This document shows, in pieces, positions 39,006 through 53,286 of a DNA stretch of 64,000 nt. The translations under genes and the position numbers were made by a program. The notes beneath the pieces are model-generated. The model had not been told where the DNA came from. It saw nothing but the letters and a program-made list of their open reading frames with translations, and searched no databases. This stretch comes from Eledone cirrhosa. Its lineage: Eukaryota. The stretch covers positions 37,696,001 to 37,760,000 of the forward strand of contig OZ024746.1 of NCBI GenBank assembly GCA_964016885.1, given 5' to 3'. Within the stretch, counting starts at the first letter, position 1. Each line of letters opens with the position of its first letter.

Positions 39006-40467
39006 AGCTTTGGGGGTTATCTGAACCTGGCGGAGAATGGATGACATACACTTCTTGATTTTTAATCACACCAGAGTACACATACTCACCTGCGCTCTTT
39101 GTAGAGTGCTCTACCCTGCATACTGAAGTGTCGGTAACCAACCCACACATACTCAAATGTATATATACATATATATGTATACGTGTATATATATATATAT
39201 AAATTTGAGAATGTGTGTGTGTCTGTGTGTGTTTTGAAACAGCGAGCGAGTTTGAAGTTAGAAATAAAAGATTCACTGTATTTTTTTACTAAATAAATTT
39301 TAGTCTGACAGTGGGGTTTAGAACCCTTTTAAGAAATGGAAAAAGATGAGTATTTCTAAAGAAATACGGTATGTATATAAATAAACATTTGGAAAGCCAT
39401 AGCTATGAAGAGCGGGAGATATCGTCCTGACGAATACCATTTGAGTTCGAAATGCATCAATGATTGTCCCCCTTGCTTCTAGCGAGCACCACATGGTGGT
39501 GGTAACTGCCAAGTGTCATTCATAACTATGGATTTCTAAATGATTATTTATAAACATCCGTATTTCTTTAAACAGACGAAAGTCAAATACATATTTGTAT
39601 ACAGGTATGTACGAAGCTATATTCTAATTGTATTCTATATTAAGTTGAGCCAACTTATAGAGTTCCATATGCAAATGAGATTAGTAACCTCATTTCCGCA
39701 GACGAAACAAACTATATACGTATGTATGCATGTGAATGTGTGTATATATTTGCCCCTCCTTTACACAACAATGTTTTTAATCCCCCAACTATAAGTATGT
39801 CTACCTGAAAATTTTACAAATCGTCTAATATACACCGTGATGTTATTTAATCAACTACCAATGCCAATTTAATGCACACAATACAAATTCGTCTAACTGT
39901 TTCTGTTATATTCCATTTACAGTATAGTAGACAATTTAATTTCTTCTGGATTTATTTCCTTTGGAAATAAATATTATTAGTTTATATTGAGTGCATAACC
40001 ACCAATATCTCATGTGACATTAAATTATTGCATCTCTTTAGGTCATAATTTCATGTCCGGTTACATTTAAATTTAGTTTTGTATAATATCATACCAGTTG
40101 ACTTTCAGGCGAGTGGTACGTTAAATATTATCAACTACTGCCTTTTCCAGCTGGTTGGGTATTGCCGCAATCCGACAAAACATTATTAACTAACGTATAG
40201 TACATTCAACCCAAAGCTTAGTCGTGACCAATGCTAATCTATGCGTGACAATCTGAAATATTTATTCTATATAGATTACAATGTTATCCTATATGTATAT
40301 TTTTCTGCAAGGAGGATAGGTTGTCATTTAAAGGATACTTATTTGCAAATTATATTAGATAAATTCCTACAGATACATTATTATTTATTATTGAATTATT
40401 CCACACATTTACGAGTGATATTGCTTGCATCATTGTTATAGATATTGATATCTGATGTTATTATTAC

Positions 40468-40650
40468 GTGGATTGACAGTATCGGTAGAGGGTCGGACGC
40501 CATGCTTTGCAGCAAAGAGTTACGGCTCTTTATGGTCTGAGTCCAAATTCCGCCGAGGTTAACTTTGCCTTTCATCCTTACGGGGTCGAAAAAATAAAGT
40601 ACCAGTAATACACTGTTTTAATTACTGGCCTTGTGCCAAAAGTAGAAACA
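40468..40650 (+). mobile_element. Nin-domain SINE with TSD attattacgt
   Basis: Consensus match; attattacgt on both sides. Confidence 0.85.
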
Positions 40651-41200
40651 ATTATTACGTTTCAATCACATTCGAGCATAGCAGATCCTTAAATAGATAT
40701 CTGTATTTGAAACGGAGGGTGTCCTGTCCCTTTTCATATTTATCTAACCGTGGTTAATTAAGGAGCACCGATATTCAGCTAAAATATTAGGGGCCCGTTG
40801 TTAATTTATTAGGTTAAATTCTTTAATAATGATGAAGGTGTTCTGCCGAATATCGAAATCGCTTTCCTGTCATCCTTTAATTTTAAATTATGTATTCATT
40901 TAATCTTGTCGATTAGTTGTGATGTTTTTTTTTATGATGAGGGGGCTGGAGATTCAACATTATGATTTTATATGCCGTATTACATGTTCATTGAGCATAC
41001 TAATACTGAAGTGAGTTCTATAATTATGGTTTCCTTCTGTGTCAATCAAGTCGTTTTAGTCGTATGTATGACAAAATATCTAATGAGATATTATCTGATT
41101 TCTATTGCAAAATGTTATGGTGCTATTTAAGAACTATGGTTACTAATTGTTGCAGGTTGAGCTGCTCCTCAGAAGAACTTTATTCTCTCTCTCTCTTTGT

Positions 41201-41269
<69 letters not shown>

Positions 41270-43468
41270 TATACAGATATACACAGGCATACCTCGACAT
41301 ATAGAAATGTATGCATTGGATCCACGAAATACCAACTGCATAACAAAATGCAGGAACACTCTAGTCTAATGAAGGATTACTAATCCGAAAGCACTCACTA
41401 TCAAGTAACCCATACTAACCCTGCAACAAGTTTCGTATACTCTAGCAATGTAACCGTTTACGGTAACAATATTAATCCTAATCTAACTCTAACCCTAATT
41501 TTAATTCTAACTTTAATTCACACACACTCATCTTTTTACACTTCTAACTTCACCTGATTTCACAGTAAAACAGAAACATAATCAGTTTTGAAAGGAAGTT
41601 ATTTCGTTTATTGTATGTTACTTTATTCTAGCTTCTCGCGCTCAGTCCCCAATAGCTCATTCTTCTTACTTTGCACGTACTCCAAATAGAAGAAAAAATA
41701 AACTACACAACCCACTATACATACACACATGTTTCTTAAGTTACACCAACGAATATAAAGTTCATTGAAAATGTACGAAACTCAGACGGAGAAATATCTG
41801 CAATTACAGGCAGTTGTTATTAATGACGCTAAGAAAATCGTGTACAACACGCCTATGGGCGGAGAAAAGTGGCCAGTTGCCGCTACGAAGACCAGCGTAA
41901 CTTTCAGATATTTTGCACAATTTTATAGTCAATTGGCTGTATTTGAATTCTGGATTCAACCCTTCCCGATATCAACTATTTAATTCCAACCTTGCCGCTT
42001 CGATATGATGAAGTGCATGTCAAGTACTGCGATCGATATTATTGAATTTCCTTTTAAGAATTTGCTGAACTCATGCCTAATTTTGAAACATTTAATAATA
42101 TTTCTGACGGTGTTATTTGTGAGGTAGGAGATTGACCGATCAATTTTGTTGTTGTTGATGTCTTTTCTTTTTGTTCTTGTTTTTTATTGTTATGTTTCAG
42201 ACAAAACCTCGGCTTTCATTCACAGAAAATGTGATTAAATACCTCTGAGTTTTTGCCATATCCTCTTGTTCTCAGAAATAATATATCAATGACTACTTTG
42301 TACAATATATCTATTTTTATCAGAAAAGGTATGATTTGATTAAGATTCTCTACCACGTAGAAATTCCAGCATCGACTCGATTACCCGGTTTGTTCCCCGC
42401 TTTTATGTTTGCTAATTTGGGCCGCCTGTCACGATGATATACATGGGTTCATTATTATGTTCCTTGTGCCTAAAGTAGAAACAATTATTATGGTCACAGA
42501 TAACTGTGCTTTCAAAGCAGGGTATCTAATGCCAGTTAACTGAACAATTAACACAGAATACACAAATGTGAGAACCTACATGTGAAAAGAATAAAACGGA
42601 AGATGTTTTAACGTGATTGCATGAAAATCACGATTCTTGAAATCAATAATTCATCTAGAAAATAGAAGAAAAATAATGTCATGTTCGAGGTATAATTAAC
42701 ACGGATGCATTAGTCAAGTTAATAAACAGAAATATTTACCACGATGGGAAATAAATCAATTCAAAATCCCAGTTTTCGTAATTGTGGCAATGTTATGAGA
42801 TATTTGTTTTACAAATATATGATACGTGATCTTGTTAGCGGTATTAGATTGATGACTTAAACATCTTAGCTATATTTAGTTACTCTCCGATGTTGAACTT
42901 ATCATTGAAAATTTTACTATAACAAAAATTAATGAGTAAATGAAGAAACATGCACTGAAATAGATATAAACGATTATTTTCTCCTCCCATCAGTTTTAAT
43001 GAAAAACAGTCAGGTTACAGCCACGGATAATATACATAGATAACAACATCTGTTACCTCACTTCCTAATGTAGAACATCCTCTTATTCAATATTCCTTTC
43101 ATTTATGTGATATTAATAAAATATGTACCAGCAAAGTAATGAGGCCGATGTAAAGAACTACACACATCCTTCAAATTGACTGCCCATGTATGAACATTTT
43201 TAAATGTTTAGGCCTTTTGAATCACAAAATCTTGGAGACAGAATTAAATGCTGTATATTATAGGTTCATATTACTCTGTTGTGATGTAAGCGCAAGCCAT
43301 TTCTAGCTCAAATTTTCATCCTCATCGGTATACATCTGAGATGTATTCAAATTCATGTACTGCATCAAAATCAATTGAAGTCTCTGTCTCTCTCTATCTT
43401 CAACTCACATCACTATCTTTCACACTCTCTCTTTCTTTCTCTCTCTCTCTCTCATTCTGTCTCATTTA

Positions 43469-43512
<44 letters not shown>

Positions 43513-43529
43513 GTGTATATATGTATATA

Positions 43530-43595
<66 letters not shown>

Positions 43596-44640
43596 TGTAT
43601 ATATATATATGGGCTCAGATTTCTTAATACTTGCTCATACACACACACACGCACGCACACTCTCTCTTTATTGTCTAACTTCCTCAATCACCACTTCTCT
43701 CTCTCTCTCTCTCTCTCTCTCCCTCTCTCTATCTATCTATCTATCTATCTATCTTACTCTCTCTCTCTCTCCCTCTTACTCTCTCTCTCTCTCTCTCTCG
43801 CTCTCCCTTTCTCCCTCACTCTCCATCTTCCTTTCTCTATCTTTCTCAAACTCACACGATTTGCGAGCACGAACCTATATACGAAATCGATATTATCAAT
43901 CTCCTTAGTGGTGTGGTGCGGTGTGATGAAGTATTGGAGCCGACGTCTATATTTAAGTAGTGGTTTTATTGTACGCTATACTGGCATCGGCTTTTAAGAA
44001 AGTCGTTGGTAATTTAGTACACGAAATAGAGATGCTATCGTTAACCAAAATCTCTGTAGACATTTTCAATATAGAAAGCGCGCGATCAATCATGAAAAAC
44101 GATTACAGCAACAAAAACAACGAGATTTCAACCAAGAAATTAGATAATTATTTGCACGTCACGTTAGAGATCATGCGCTAATGAGTGAAGTTTATTGACC
44201 TTAGTGCAATTCGCTCTCAACCTAATTGCTATAAGATCTTTATACAGATTATTATTGCTCTAATAACAACAATAACAATAATAATAATAATAGTAAAATA
44301 ATGATAATAATAATAACAATAATTGTTGTTGTTATTGTAATTATTATTGTTTGTGTCTATCCTATTCCTTCAATTTGTATCTCCATTTCTTTCCGTGTGT
44401 CTTCTTCTTCTTCTACTTCTTCTTCTCCTCGTAATTTTTCCTACTGCTGTTATTACGAATAAGTATAATATTCTTTCTAATTGTAATTATCGTTGTTTTT
44501 ATTAAGTGTTTCACTCGTACATGTGCGTTTTCTGACGTACTGTATTCACCTTGATGCTACAAGCAAGCTATTACAGGGTAAATTGAAATTTGTAATATGA
44601 TATGAATCAATCTAAAATAAAAAGATGAATGTTATATATA

Positions 44641-44747
44641 GTAGAGTGGGTTGTAGAGTGGGTAATAGGAAAATGTTCAAGACCCATTTAGTCCAGAAAT
44701 AGCAGTCGAAACGTCTTAGGCTCTGCCGTCGGTGTCTTGAACATTTT

Positions 44748-44752
<5 letters not shown>
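44641..44752. mobile_element. Family H hairpin element, one arm partly deleted
   Basis: taggaaaatgttcaagac...gtcGAAACgtc..gccGTCggtgtcttgaacattttccta. Confidence 0.7.
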
Positions 44753-44791
<39 letters not shown>

Positions 44792-44832
44792 AAGATATTA
44801 ATAACTGGAAACTATATTTATAAAACCATATT

Positions 44833-44897
44833 TATTTTATTATATATATTTCAAGGGCGACCAAGCCTACCTTGGTGCGCTTTCATCAGATAAAATA
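44833..44897 (-). ncRNA. Minimal type I hammerhead ribozyme (mirror copy)
   Basis: Reverse complement of 45020-45084 with one loop difference. Confidence 0.8.
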
Positions 44898-45019
44898 CAA
44901 GATTTGTTTCATAAATAATGACATACGCATGGAAATCAACCTCAACGGTCGGAAATTCGAATTTCCGACTGTTAAGGTTTATTTCCATGGGCATGTCATT
45001 ATTTATGAAACAAATCTTG

Positions 45020-45084
45020 TATTTTATCTGATGAAAGCGCACCAAGGTTGGCTTGGTCGCCCTTGAAATATATATAATAAAATA
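45020..45084 (+). ncRNA. Minimal type I hammerhead ribozyme
   Basis: tattttat-CTGATGA-aagcgcaccaag(gttgg)cttggtcgccctt-GAAA-tatata-TA-ataaaata; 8-bp stem I. Confidence 0.82.
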
Positions 45085-45236
45085 AATATGGTTTTATAAA
45101 TATAGTTTCCATTTATTAGTACCTTGGAATATTTACTCCAGTAAATTGTTGAGTGCTCTATATCAGTTATAAACATTTATGTTTGTCGGAATTCCAACAA
45201 ATTAAACACAACTTCTACACATATATATATATATAT

Positions 45237-46013
45237 ATATAAGGGTTTACATATACATATACATCAAGTTATAGATATATATTTTGCAACCAGTCACTTT
45301 TAAGCTCTATGAAGAATTAATAAATTAAATAATCAGAGCAATATATCATAAATCATGTCTTTAGAATTATTAGATAAAATATATACCGTTTCTTCTTTCA
45401 ATTAGCATAATTAACCATATAAAAAAAGAAAGGTTCTTATGAAGAAATCTTCGACAAATAACCGAAAGTGGCCTCTTCGCGGTGGCCCCAATATAGTATA
45501 TGTATCCAACATTTCGACAGCATGTAGAAACTGACTAAATACATCATCAACCATACACAATTAGGTGTAAAATTAAACTTAGAAGAAATGTGTACATACC
45601 GTAATTATATCTCTACCATGGTTTCATCCGTATTTTTAGACATCCAATTAATAGGAATGTCCTGAGTTAGGATTCATCAGGAGACAAAATCAAAATCAGA
45701 CATCTAGTTTTTCAACCTAATCGCGCCGAAATTAGATTAAAAAATGGCTAAGAATCGCTATGTGGCTGTGGTCAAGCTATAAAGAATGTGATTGGCTGCT
45801 TACGGCGGGTAGGCTTGTTGCTAGAAAGCGCAGCCAAATATCGCCAAATTTAATCTCAACCTAACGGGAGATTATTAAATATAAGGGTTTACATATACAT
45901 ATACATAAAGTTATAGATATATATGTTGCAACCGGTCACTTTTAAGCCCTATGAAGAAGTAATAAATTAAATAATCAGAGCAATATATCATAAATCATGT
46001 CTTTAGAATTATT
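45237..46013. repeat. ~135 bp direct repeat pair (45237-45372, 45879-46013)
   Basis: atataagggtttacatatacatatac...tctttagaattatt occurs twice. Confidence 0.85.
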
Positions 46014-46182
46014 GTAAGATGCGAGATAGAATCCCAAAAGGCGGAGGGGGAGTCACTCATGTGATACAGCGGTCAAGAAACAGAGCTAAGCCTTATATAA
46101 GAGGCTTAGCTCTGTTTCTTGACCGCTGTATCACGTGATTGACTCCCCCTCCGCCTTTTGGGATTCTATCTCGCATCTTACA
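46013..46182. repeat. ~170 bp GC-richer palindrome with TGT...ACA ends
   Basis: tgtaagatgcgagatagaatccc...gctaagcct(tatataag)aggcttagc...tcgcatcttaca. Confidence 0.85.
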
Positions 46183-46560
46183 GACGTGTTTTTGAAACCC
46201 TTAATGAGGTATCTTCTTGATAAGTCGGCAGACCTCATAAACATTCTATATCTCTGTGATGTATTGTTTTTGATTATGCCACGAAACTACGTAGTCGAGG
46301 AATTTAGAAGCAGTTTAGGTATGATACATCTCAGTACTAATTATATCTAATGTTTCTTCTCTCTTCATAATGTACTTTATAGCTCTGATACTGGTTCAGT
46401 CTAATCCATTCGGGTTGGTTTGGCCCAGTTATTCATAGAGCAACATCGGTTAAGTTTGGCACCATTAACTCAAGGATAGATGTGGATATATTCATGTATA
46501 TGTGTGTGTCCGCATGTATCTGTGTGTTTCTCTATATATTGTGTATATATATATATATAT

Positions 46561-47361
<801 letters not shown>

Positions 47362-47487
47362 GATAAATCTACCAAGAGTTTACGGTAGTGTCCAATCCGT
47401 ATGAAGAACTCAATGTAATCCGGATATCATGGAAAGAAGAGATGCAATGAAAAATCACTTTCGGTGAAAGATAAACGGAATACAGAG

Positions 47488-47639
47488 TCATTATTTCTGA
47501 AGACGGCATATATATGTGTTGGTATGTATATTTAATTTTGATAGTTTGTATAATTTTGTATAATTTTGTACATAGATCTGTTGAATATACATGCCAATTC
47601 TAACACATATATATCCTAGAAACGATCGTTAAATAATGA
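47488..47639 (+). ncRNA. Type I hammerhead with very long stem II
   Basis: tcattattt-CTGAAGA-[~115 nt, atatatatgtgttgg/ctaacacatatatat pairing]-GAAA-cgatcg-TT-aaataatga; 9-bp stem I. Confidence 0.7.
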
Positions 47640-47694
47640 ACTTTTTTTGTTTAATATAAGGAACTGTTTCATTGTTTTATTCATTATTTTTTTA

Positions 47695-47727
<33 letters not shown>

Positions 47728-47753
47728 TATGTATATATACATATATATATATA

Positions 47754-47950
47754 TAGGAACAAGTAAGAACCCGACGGCTGAGCACAGGCCGTTTCGACGG
47801 CTAATTATTGGTCCAGAATTAGCCGTCGAAACGGCTTGAGCTCAGCCGTCGGGGTCTTACTTGTTCCTATTACCCACTCTACTACCCTAAGTATTGAGTA
47901 CTTTGGTGCGTTATGGTCCACTTGCTTCCTTACCACATTTCCTTCGTTAT
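47754..47950 (+). mobile_element. Family H hairpin element with tail
   Basis: Palindrome 47754-47869, tail to 47950, (TA)n flanks. Confidence 0.8.
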
Positions 47951-47962
47951 ATATATATATAT

Positions 47963-50934
47963 ATATTTATTAAAATAACAGATTAAAGTTTAAGCAAAGA
48001 ATCGCTGCTTTCACCCTTAACGGGATCTTCTGAAACTAACAAAGTCAATCTGTAAACGCAGAACTGGATATTTCAAAAAACGTTGCAACCGGGGGAAGAC
48101 AGGAAGACGATACTTTGGTTCGTGGTAACGTTCGCTGGCAAAGAACGGGAAAAAACGAATAAACGTCATTAATAGGAGCGGTGAAAAACAATTACGCGCA
48201 AAGACAAAACCACGTATATGCTATAAAAGAGGTCGTAGACTAATGTTCTCTTAGGTGGTGCATAGAGACGTTCTCTGGCAATGAACGAAAAAACGAAGAT
48301 AATAAGTAATATGTGGAGCGTGGAGAACAAAAGCACGCAAAGACAAAACCACGTAAATGGTATAGCAGAAGTCGTAGACTAAGATTCTAACTAGGAGACC
48401 AAATGAATCTCCGCTACAGAGTTAAGAACAAAGTAAATAAATACAATACAGAAGAAATAGAAACAAATAAATACATACACGCAAGCAGATACGTACATAT
48501 ACAAGCATACGCAAAACCTTACCATGGGTATACAAAACCACGCACATATAAATATGTGTGTGTGTATGCTTGTGTACAAATAAATAAATAATGATATAAG
48601 CGTATATAAGTAAATAAATACGTATATAACAAGCGCACACACATACCTACATATAAATACACGAATGTTCGGAGACGTAAGTCAACTAAAACAAGAAGTA
48701 CACATATACACACACCCACCATACATACGAACCTGCATACTCACTCCACGCAAAACTCCCGTATACACATAGCCAAACCCTAAATACCAGAATATGTAAA
48801 AATGATACGCCATAACAGTCAAATATACGTACGAGAAGGTATACATACCTTCACAAAACATATGGGTAATATATACTTACCTATGCAAATAAGTAAAGGA
48901 ATAAACAAAACATATACTTAGCTCCCACATCAAGACGTAAAATATCCACGTATAGATCGTGCTATCCGTTAGGGTATAACGTGGGGCTGTAATACAGGAA
49001 AGTGTTGTGCAATTGATGTTTACAAGCCGAAATTGCCTCAGATTTTTTGTTTAAGATGTGGTCTGTGGCGTAGAATATTTCCAGGGCCTCAGCGGCGCAG
49101 AGGTCACATGGTCTTTTATTTCCGTTATGCGATCCAGCCCTAGCTAGGATCTCCCAGTGTAACTTATATTGGGTGTGGTTGTCTTTTAGACTCCAGATAT
49201 AAGCTGAAAGTGACGTCATATTCCTTCTTAGAGGGTAACGAAAAGATTGGGTATGCATGTAAAGACGCTGCTTGAAACTATTGGCGGTTAACCCTATGTA
49301 GGCCCTACGGGATGTGGGTGTTACAACCTTAGATTTGTAGACAATGTTACTAGAGAGGCATTTCCCGGATAGGGGGCAATCAGCCCGATTCCTACAATTA
49401 CAGTTTGTACTAACTACAGGGTTGCACGTGTTCCTACGGCTAGGTAGTTTAGCTAAATTTGAAGCTGTGATGTTATGTGCAAGGTTAGGAGTCGTAGAGT
49501 AAGAAATTGTAATATTATTTCTATTAAAAATGTTACTATGTTTACTTGTAGGGGGAAAATGCTTCGTAATAAGGGAAAGAAAGATCTTAGCTAATGGTGT
49601 GGCCACCTCCATATTATATGGTGGGTTAAACCAACAAATGCGACGGGATCTATTTCTTCTAGGTCTATTTTCATACTCTGTATATGCTACCTTATCGACA
49701 AATCCACTTCGAGCAAGCGCTTCATTGTAATAAGTGGAATGGTCATTGAAAATGCGCTCGTTGGTGGAAAGACGGGAAAGCCTCAACGAAACGTTTCTTA
49801 CCAGGTTCTTGCTTATGCTGGCAGGATGGTTGGAATGCTTACTTATGTAATTAAGCGTATCATTCGGCTTTCTATACGGGTAATACAACCCATTCAATAA
49901 ATTGAGGGTAACGTCGAGGTAATTAACGACCGAGAGATTGGCCTCAACCTGTATAGAGAGGTTGAAGCCTTTAAAGAAGGCTGTGAGTTCTTTTCTGAAC
50001 CTGTCGCAAGCACGAGGTCCGCACTTAGTCATGGTCAAAAGACCATCGTCACGGTACAAACCACCGCCCGCGTTGGAGAATTCGTCCTTTATAGAGAAAA
50101 GAAGGAAAAGGCCAATAAGATCAGTAACCTCCGCAGAGTCACTGGCGCCCATACTCACGTCGAATGGGGTACTATTGGATTTTTTTATCCAAATAGAGTC
50201 GTCGAAATTAATCACCGACTTTCGGGCATTAAGGATGACATCAACTTCAAAATCCTTAACCGCTGTGAGTGTTTTAGCGAAATTGATAGCTCTAAGGAGA
50301 AGTGGTAAAGTGATGGAGGAGTAGTAATTGTTGATGTCGAATTGGATAAAACGGCAATGTTCCTTGTTACATATGCCGTTGAACCAATCAATCACCGCGA
50401 AAGAATTGTTCCACAGTGCGAGAGGGGCCAAACTTCTAATTTCAGGTATAATTCTATGAAGAATCGTTTTACTAAGTCTACCTAAATCGGACTTCGTAGG
50501 GTTAATAAGCCGAATAGAGGGGGTGTTCATTGCCAGAGAACGTCTCTATGCACCACCTAAGAGAACATTAGTCTACGACCTCTTTTATACCATATACGTG
50601 GTTTTGTCTTTGCGCGTAATTGTTTTTCACCGCTCCTATTAATGACGTATTATTCGTTTTTTCCCGTTCTTTGCCAGCGAACGTTACCACGAACCAAAGT
50701 ATCCTCTTCCTGTCTTCCTCCGGTTGCAACGTTTTTTGAAATATCCAGTTCTGCGTTTACAGATTGACTTTGTTAGTTTCAGAAGATCCCGTTAAGGGTG
50801 AAAGCAGCGATTTTTTGCTTAAACTTTAATCTGTTATTTTAATAAATATTTGCTCTACGGTTCTTATATATTTGATATATAATTTCCTTATCGAGCCCTC
50901 TTTGGATTTTAGTCTTCAATTTTATTATTATTAC

Positions 50935-50935
<1 letters not shown>
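47963..50935 (-). mobile_element. 5'-truncated Penelope-like element with inverted pseudo-LTRs
   Basis: Inverted repeats 47963-48286 and 50525-50849, extra tail 50850-50935, (TA)n flanks. Confidence 0.9.
48962..50530 (-). CDS. Penelope RT (N-terminally truncated) + GIY-YIG endonuclease, open for 522 aa
   Basis: RLINPTKSDLG, FDINNYYSSI, MGASDSAEV, LYRDD, NYLDVTL, YRKPN..SNHP, WFNPPY, CNC..CPL.G.C..NIVY, YIGLT..FKQR..H. Confidence 0.9.
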   Translation of the reverse strand: MNTPSIRLINPTKSDLGRLSKTILHRIIPEIRSLAPLALWNNSFAVIDWFNGICNKEHCRFIQFDINNYYSSITLPLLLRAINFAKTLTAVKDFEVDVILNARKSVINFDDSIWIKKSNSTPFDVSMGASDSAEVTDLIGLFLLFSIKDEFSNAGGGLYRDDGLLTMTKCGPRACDRFRKELTAFFKGFNLSIQVEANLSVVNYLDVTLNLLNGLYYPYRKPNDTLNYISKHSNHPASISKNLVRNVSLRLSRLSTNERIFNDHSTYYNEALARSGFVDKVAYTEYENRPRRNRSRRICWFNPPYNMEVATPLAKIFLSLITKHFPPTSKHSNIFNRNNITISYSTTPNLAHNITASNLAKLPSRRNTCNPVVSTNCNCRNRADCPLSGKCLSSNIVYKSKVVTPTSRRAYIGLTANSFKQRLYMHTQSFRYPLRRNMTSLSAYIWSLKDNHTQYKLHWEILARAGSHNGNKRPCDLCAAEALEIFYATDHILNKKSEAISACKHQLHNTFLYYSPTLYPNG

Positions 50936-51028
<93 letters not shown>

Positions 51029-51621
51029 GTATGTATATATATATATGTATATGTATATATATATAGATATACATTGAAAGAACCACATTTATTTTCCGTA
51101 TCATCTCTCCGTATGATACCTTTATTCTTGTATGAAAGTGTTCATAAAATTATAAACACGTGTAGTTTGTCACTGTAATAAAAAAAAAATGGTATCACAT
51201 GTCGGTATGTATTTATAAATGATTCAATACTAGACACAACGTAATTTTATTAGTTGGTAGTAAATATATATCTTTTCCTCAGTTGCACGGTATATTGATA
51301 TTATTGTATTATTGCATTGAACAGGAATTTCTGTTTTATCGTTCTCCCAGGTAACCGCATTCTACCACATATATTTTCTGTATAGAAGCAATCATTTGAT
51401 ATAATTAGTATAAGTTCATTTTTGTAATTTAAATTTAAAGTCAACATCGAATGTTAGTTTCTGTAATTCGAGAATATTAACACACTTCTGTGATTCTGAA
51501 TGTTTTGTCTACTTCTTCTCATGTTACTTTTAACACAATGGTCATTATAAATAGCAACATTTTATTATATGCTTCACACCAGAAAAGCTCATTGCCCGGA
51601 TACAGATAGTGTAAATATATA

Positions 51622-51815
51622 TAACGAAGGAAATGTGGCCAGGAATCAGATGGACCATAACGCACCAAAGTACTCAATACTTAGGGTAGCAGAGTGGGTA
51701 ATAGGAACGAGTAGGTCCCCGACGGCTGAACTCAATCCGTTTCGACGGGTAATTCTGGATTAAATTAGCCGTCGAAACGGCTTGAGCTCAGCAGTCGGGG
51801 TCCTACTCGTTCCTA
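51622..51815 (-). mobile_element. Family H hairpin element with tail
   Basis: Palindrome 51702-51815; tail matches 7475-7555. Confidence 0.8.
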
Positions 51816-52621
51816 GCGATGAAATACCAATGAAGGTTGGAAAATCACTGACGAAGGACTATTTTTATCATATGTAACCCATGTGCAACCACGCAGTATT
51901 CTTTCTTCTCATGTTTTTTATATATATATAAATATATATATATATTGGTATTGCAATCATGACGTTGTGATTTCCATTGCCAATCCGGGTAATGCGTTGT
52001 CCCACGAGGCAAGACACTTTAATTTCACGTCCACCTCCTTTAGTGAGTTCTAGATATGAGTTGCGACTTCATTGGTGCTAAGCTCCATCGGAATTTCCTT
52101 TAACATGAGTTATGTAGATGGCGTATAGAAGGATGCACGGTATGGAAGGAAAGTTGCTGGTATTCCACAAAAAACACTAACCAAGATTTGTTCCCCAGTG
52201 AGGAACTCTCTAGGTGCCACGGCAGATGAACATATCACAAACAAAAATTATGTTACACCTTAACACCTGTCTGATCACAACTCATATGATTATCACAGAA
52301 ACTTTAATGACTCTGAAATGTGTATAGAATGATTATATATTAAACAGATGATGTAGACATAAAGCTGCCTTTTTTGTTTAAGATATTGACACTCGGTCTG
52401 ATACCTTTTGGTAATACCTTAATGTACTCACGTCGCGGAGTCCTTAAGTTTGTTTACACTAGAGGGTCGATCATTTGATCAACCAACGTTACTTTACTCG
52501 AAATAACACACACAAACATACACGCACACACACACACGCACACATATATATATATATGTATATATAGTGCAAGTTTATACGGGAACAAAACGGAGAGACA
52601 GACAAATAAAGGTATATATAG

Positions 52622-52655
<34 letters not shown>

Positions 52656-52786
52656 GTGAGGTATTTTTTACAAAAGGAAAAATAACCGAGGTATCCTACA
52701 CGAGTGAAAGTATAATGAAAAAAAGATGAAATCGAAAATGCAACTGGAGTGTTATTTAAAAAAATATATATATACTTATTTGGTTC

Positions 52787-52822
52787 CTTTACCGGTTTCG
52801 CAGTTCGTCTGCTTTTCAAAAG
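52787..52822 (-). ncRNA. Minimal hammerhead with U3-A8 core in a pLTR-like repeat (52649-52830; inverted relative 56292-56464)
   Basis: Reverse complement: ctt-TTGAAAA-gcag(acgaa)ctgc-GAAA-ccgg-TA-aag. Confidence 0.55.
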
Positions 52823-53047
52823 TAGAGTTGAGATGGAGGGTCTTTGGTTTTTTCTCACATCTGGTTGGTCTAAGAATGTTAATTGTTTTATATGGAAAAG
52901 AGTGGCTCGAAACGCCAGGTTCTTGATTGGTTGTTCAATAATTATAATAAATTTCGCGCCAGTTCGAGTTACAAAGTTCTTCAAACATATATGTATATAA
53001 GACTGTGTTTTCGCTTCACCTTGTTTGTCTTTTGTCTACTTGTTCTT

Positions 53048-53156
<109 letters not shown>

Positions 53157-53175
53157 ATTTATATATATATATATT

Positions 53176-53286
<111 letters not shown>

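Larger units (their letters stand above)
44790..45220. mobile_element. ~338 bp palindrome (44790-45127) with two hammerheads and ~90 bp tail
   Basis: Centre aaattc|gaattt at 44958/44959; same family as 35669 and 31224. Confidence 0.85.

Noticed and set aside
44851-45066. Near-identical 64-aa ORFs on both strands
   Set aside because: Direct consequence of the palindrome; no protein motif
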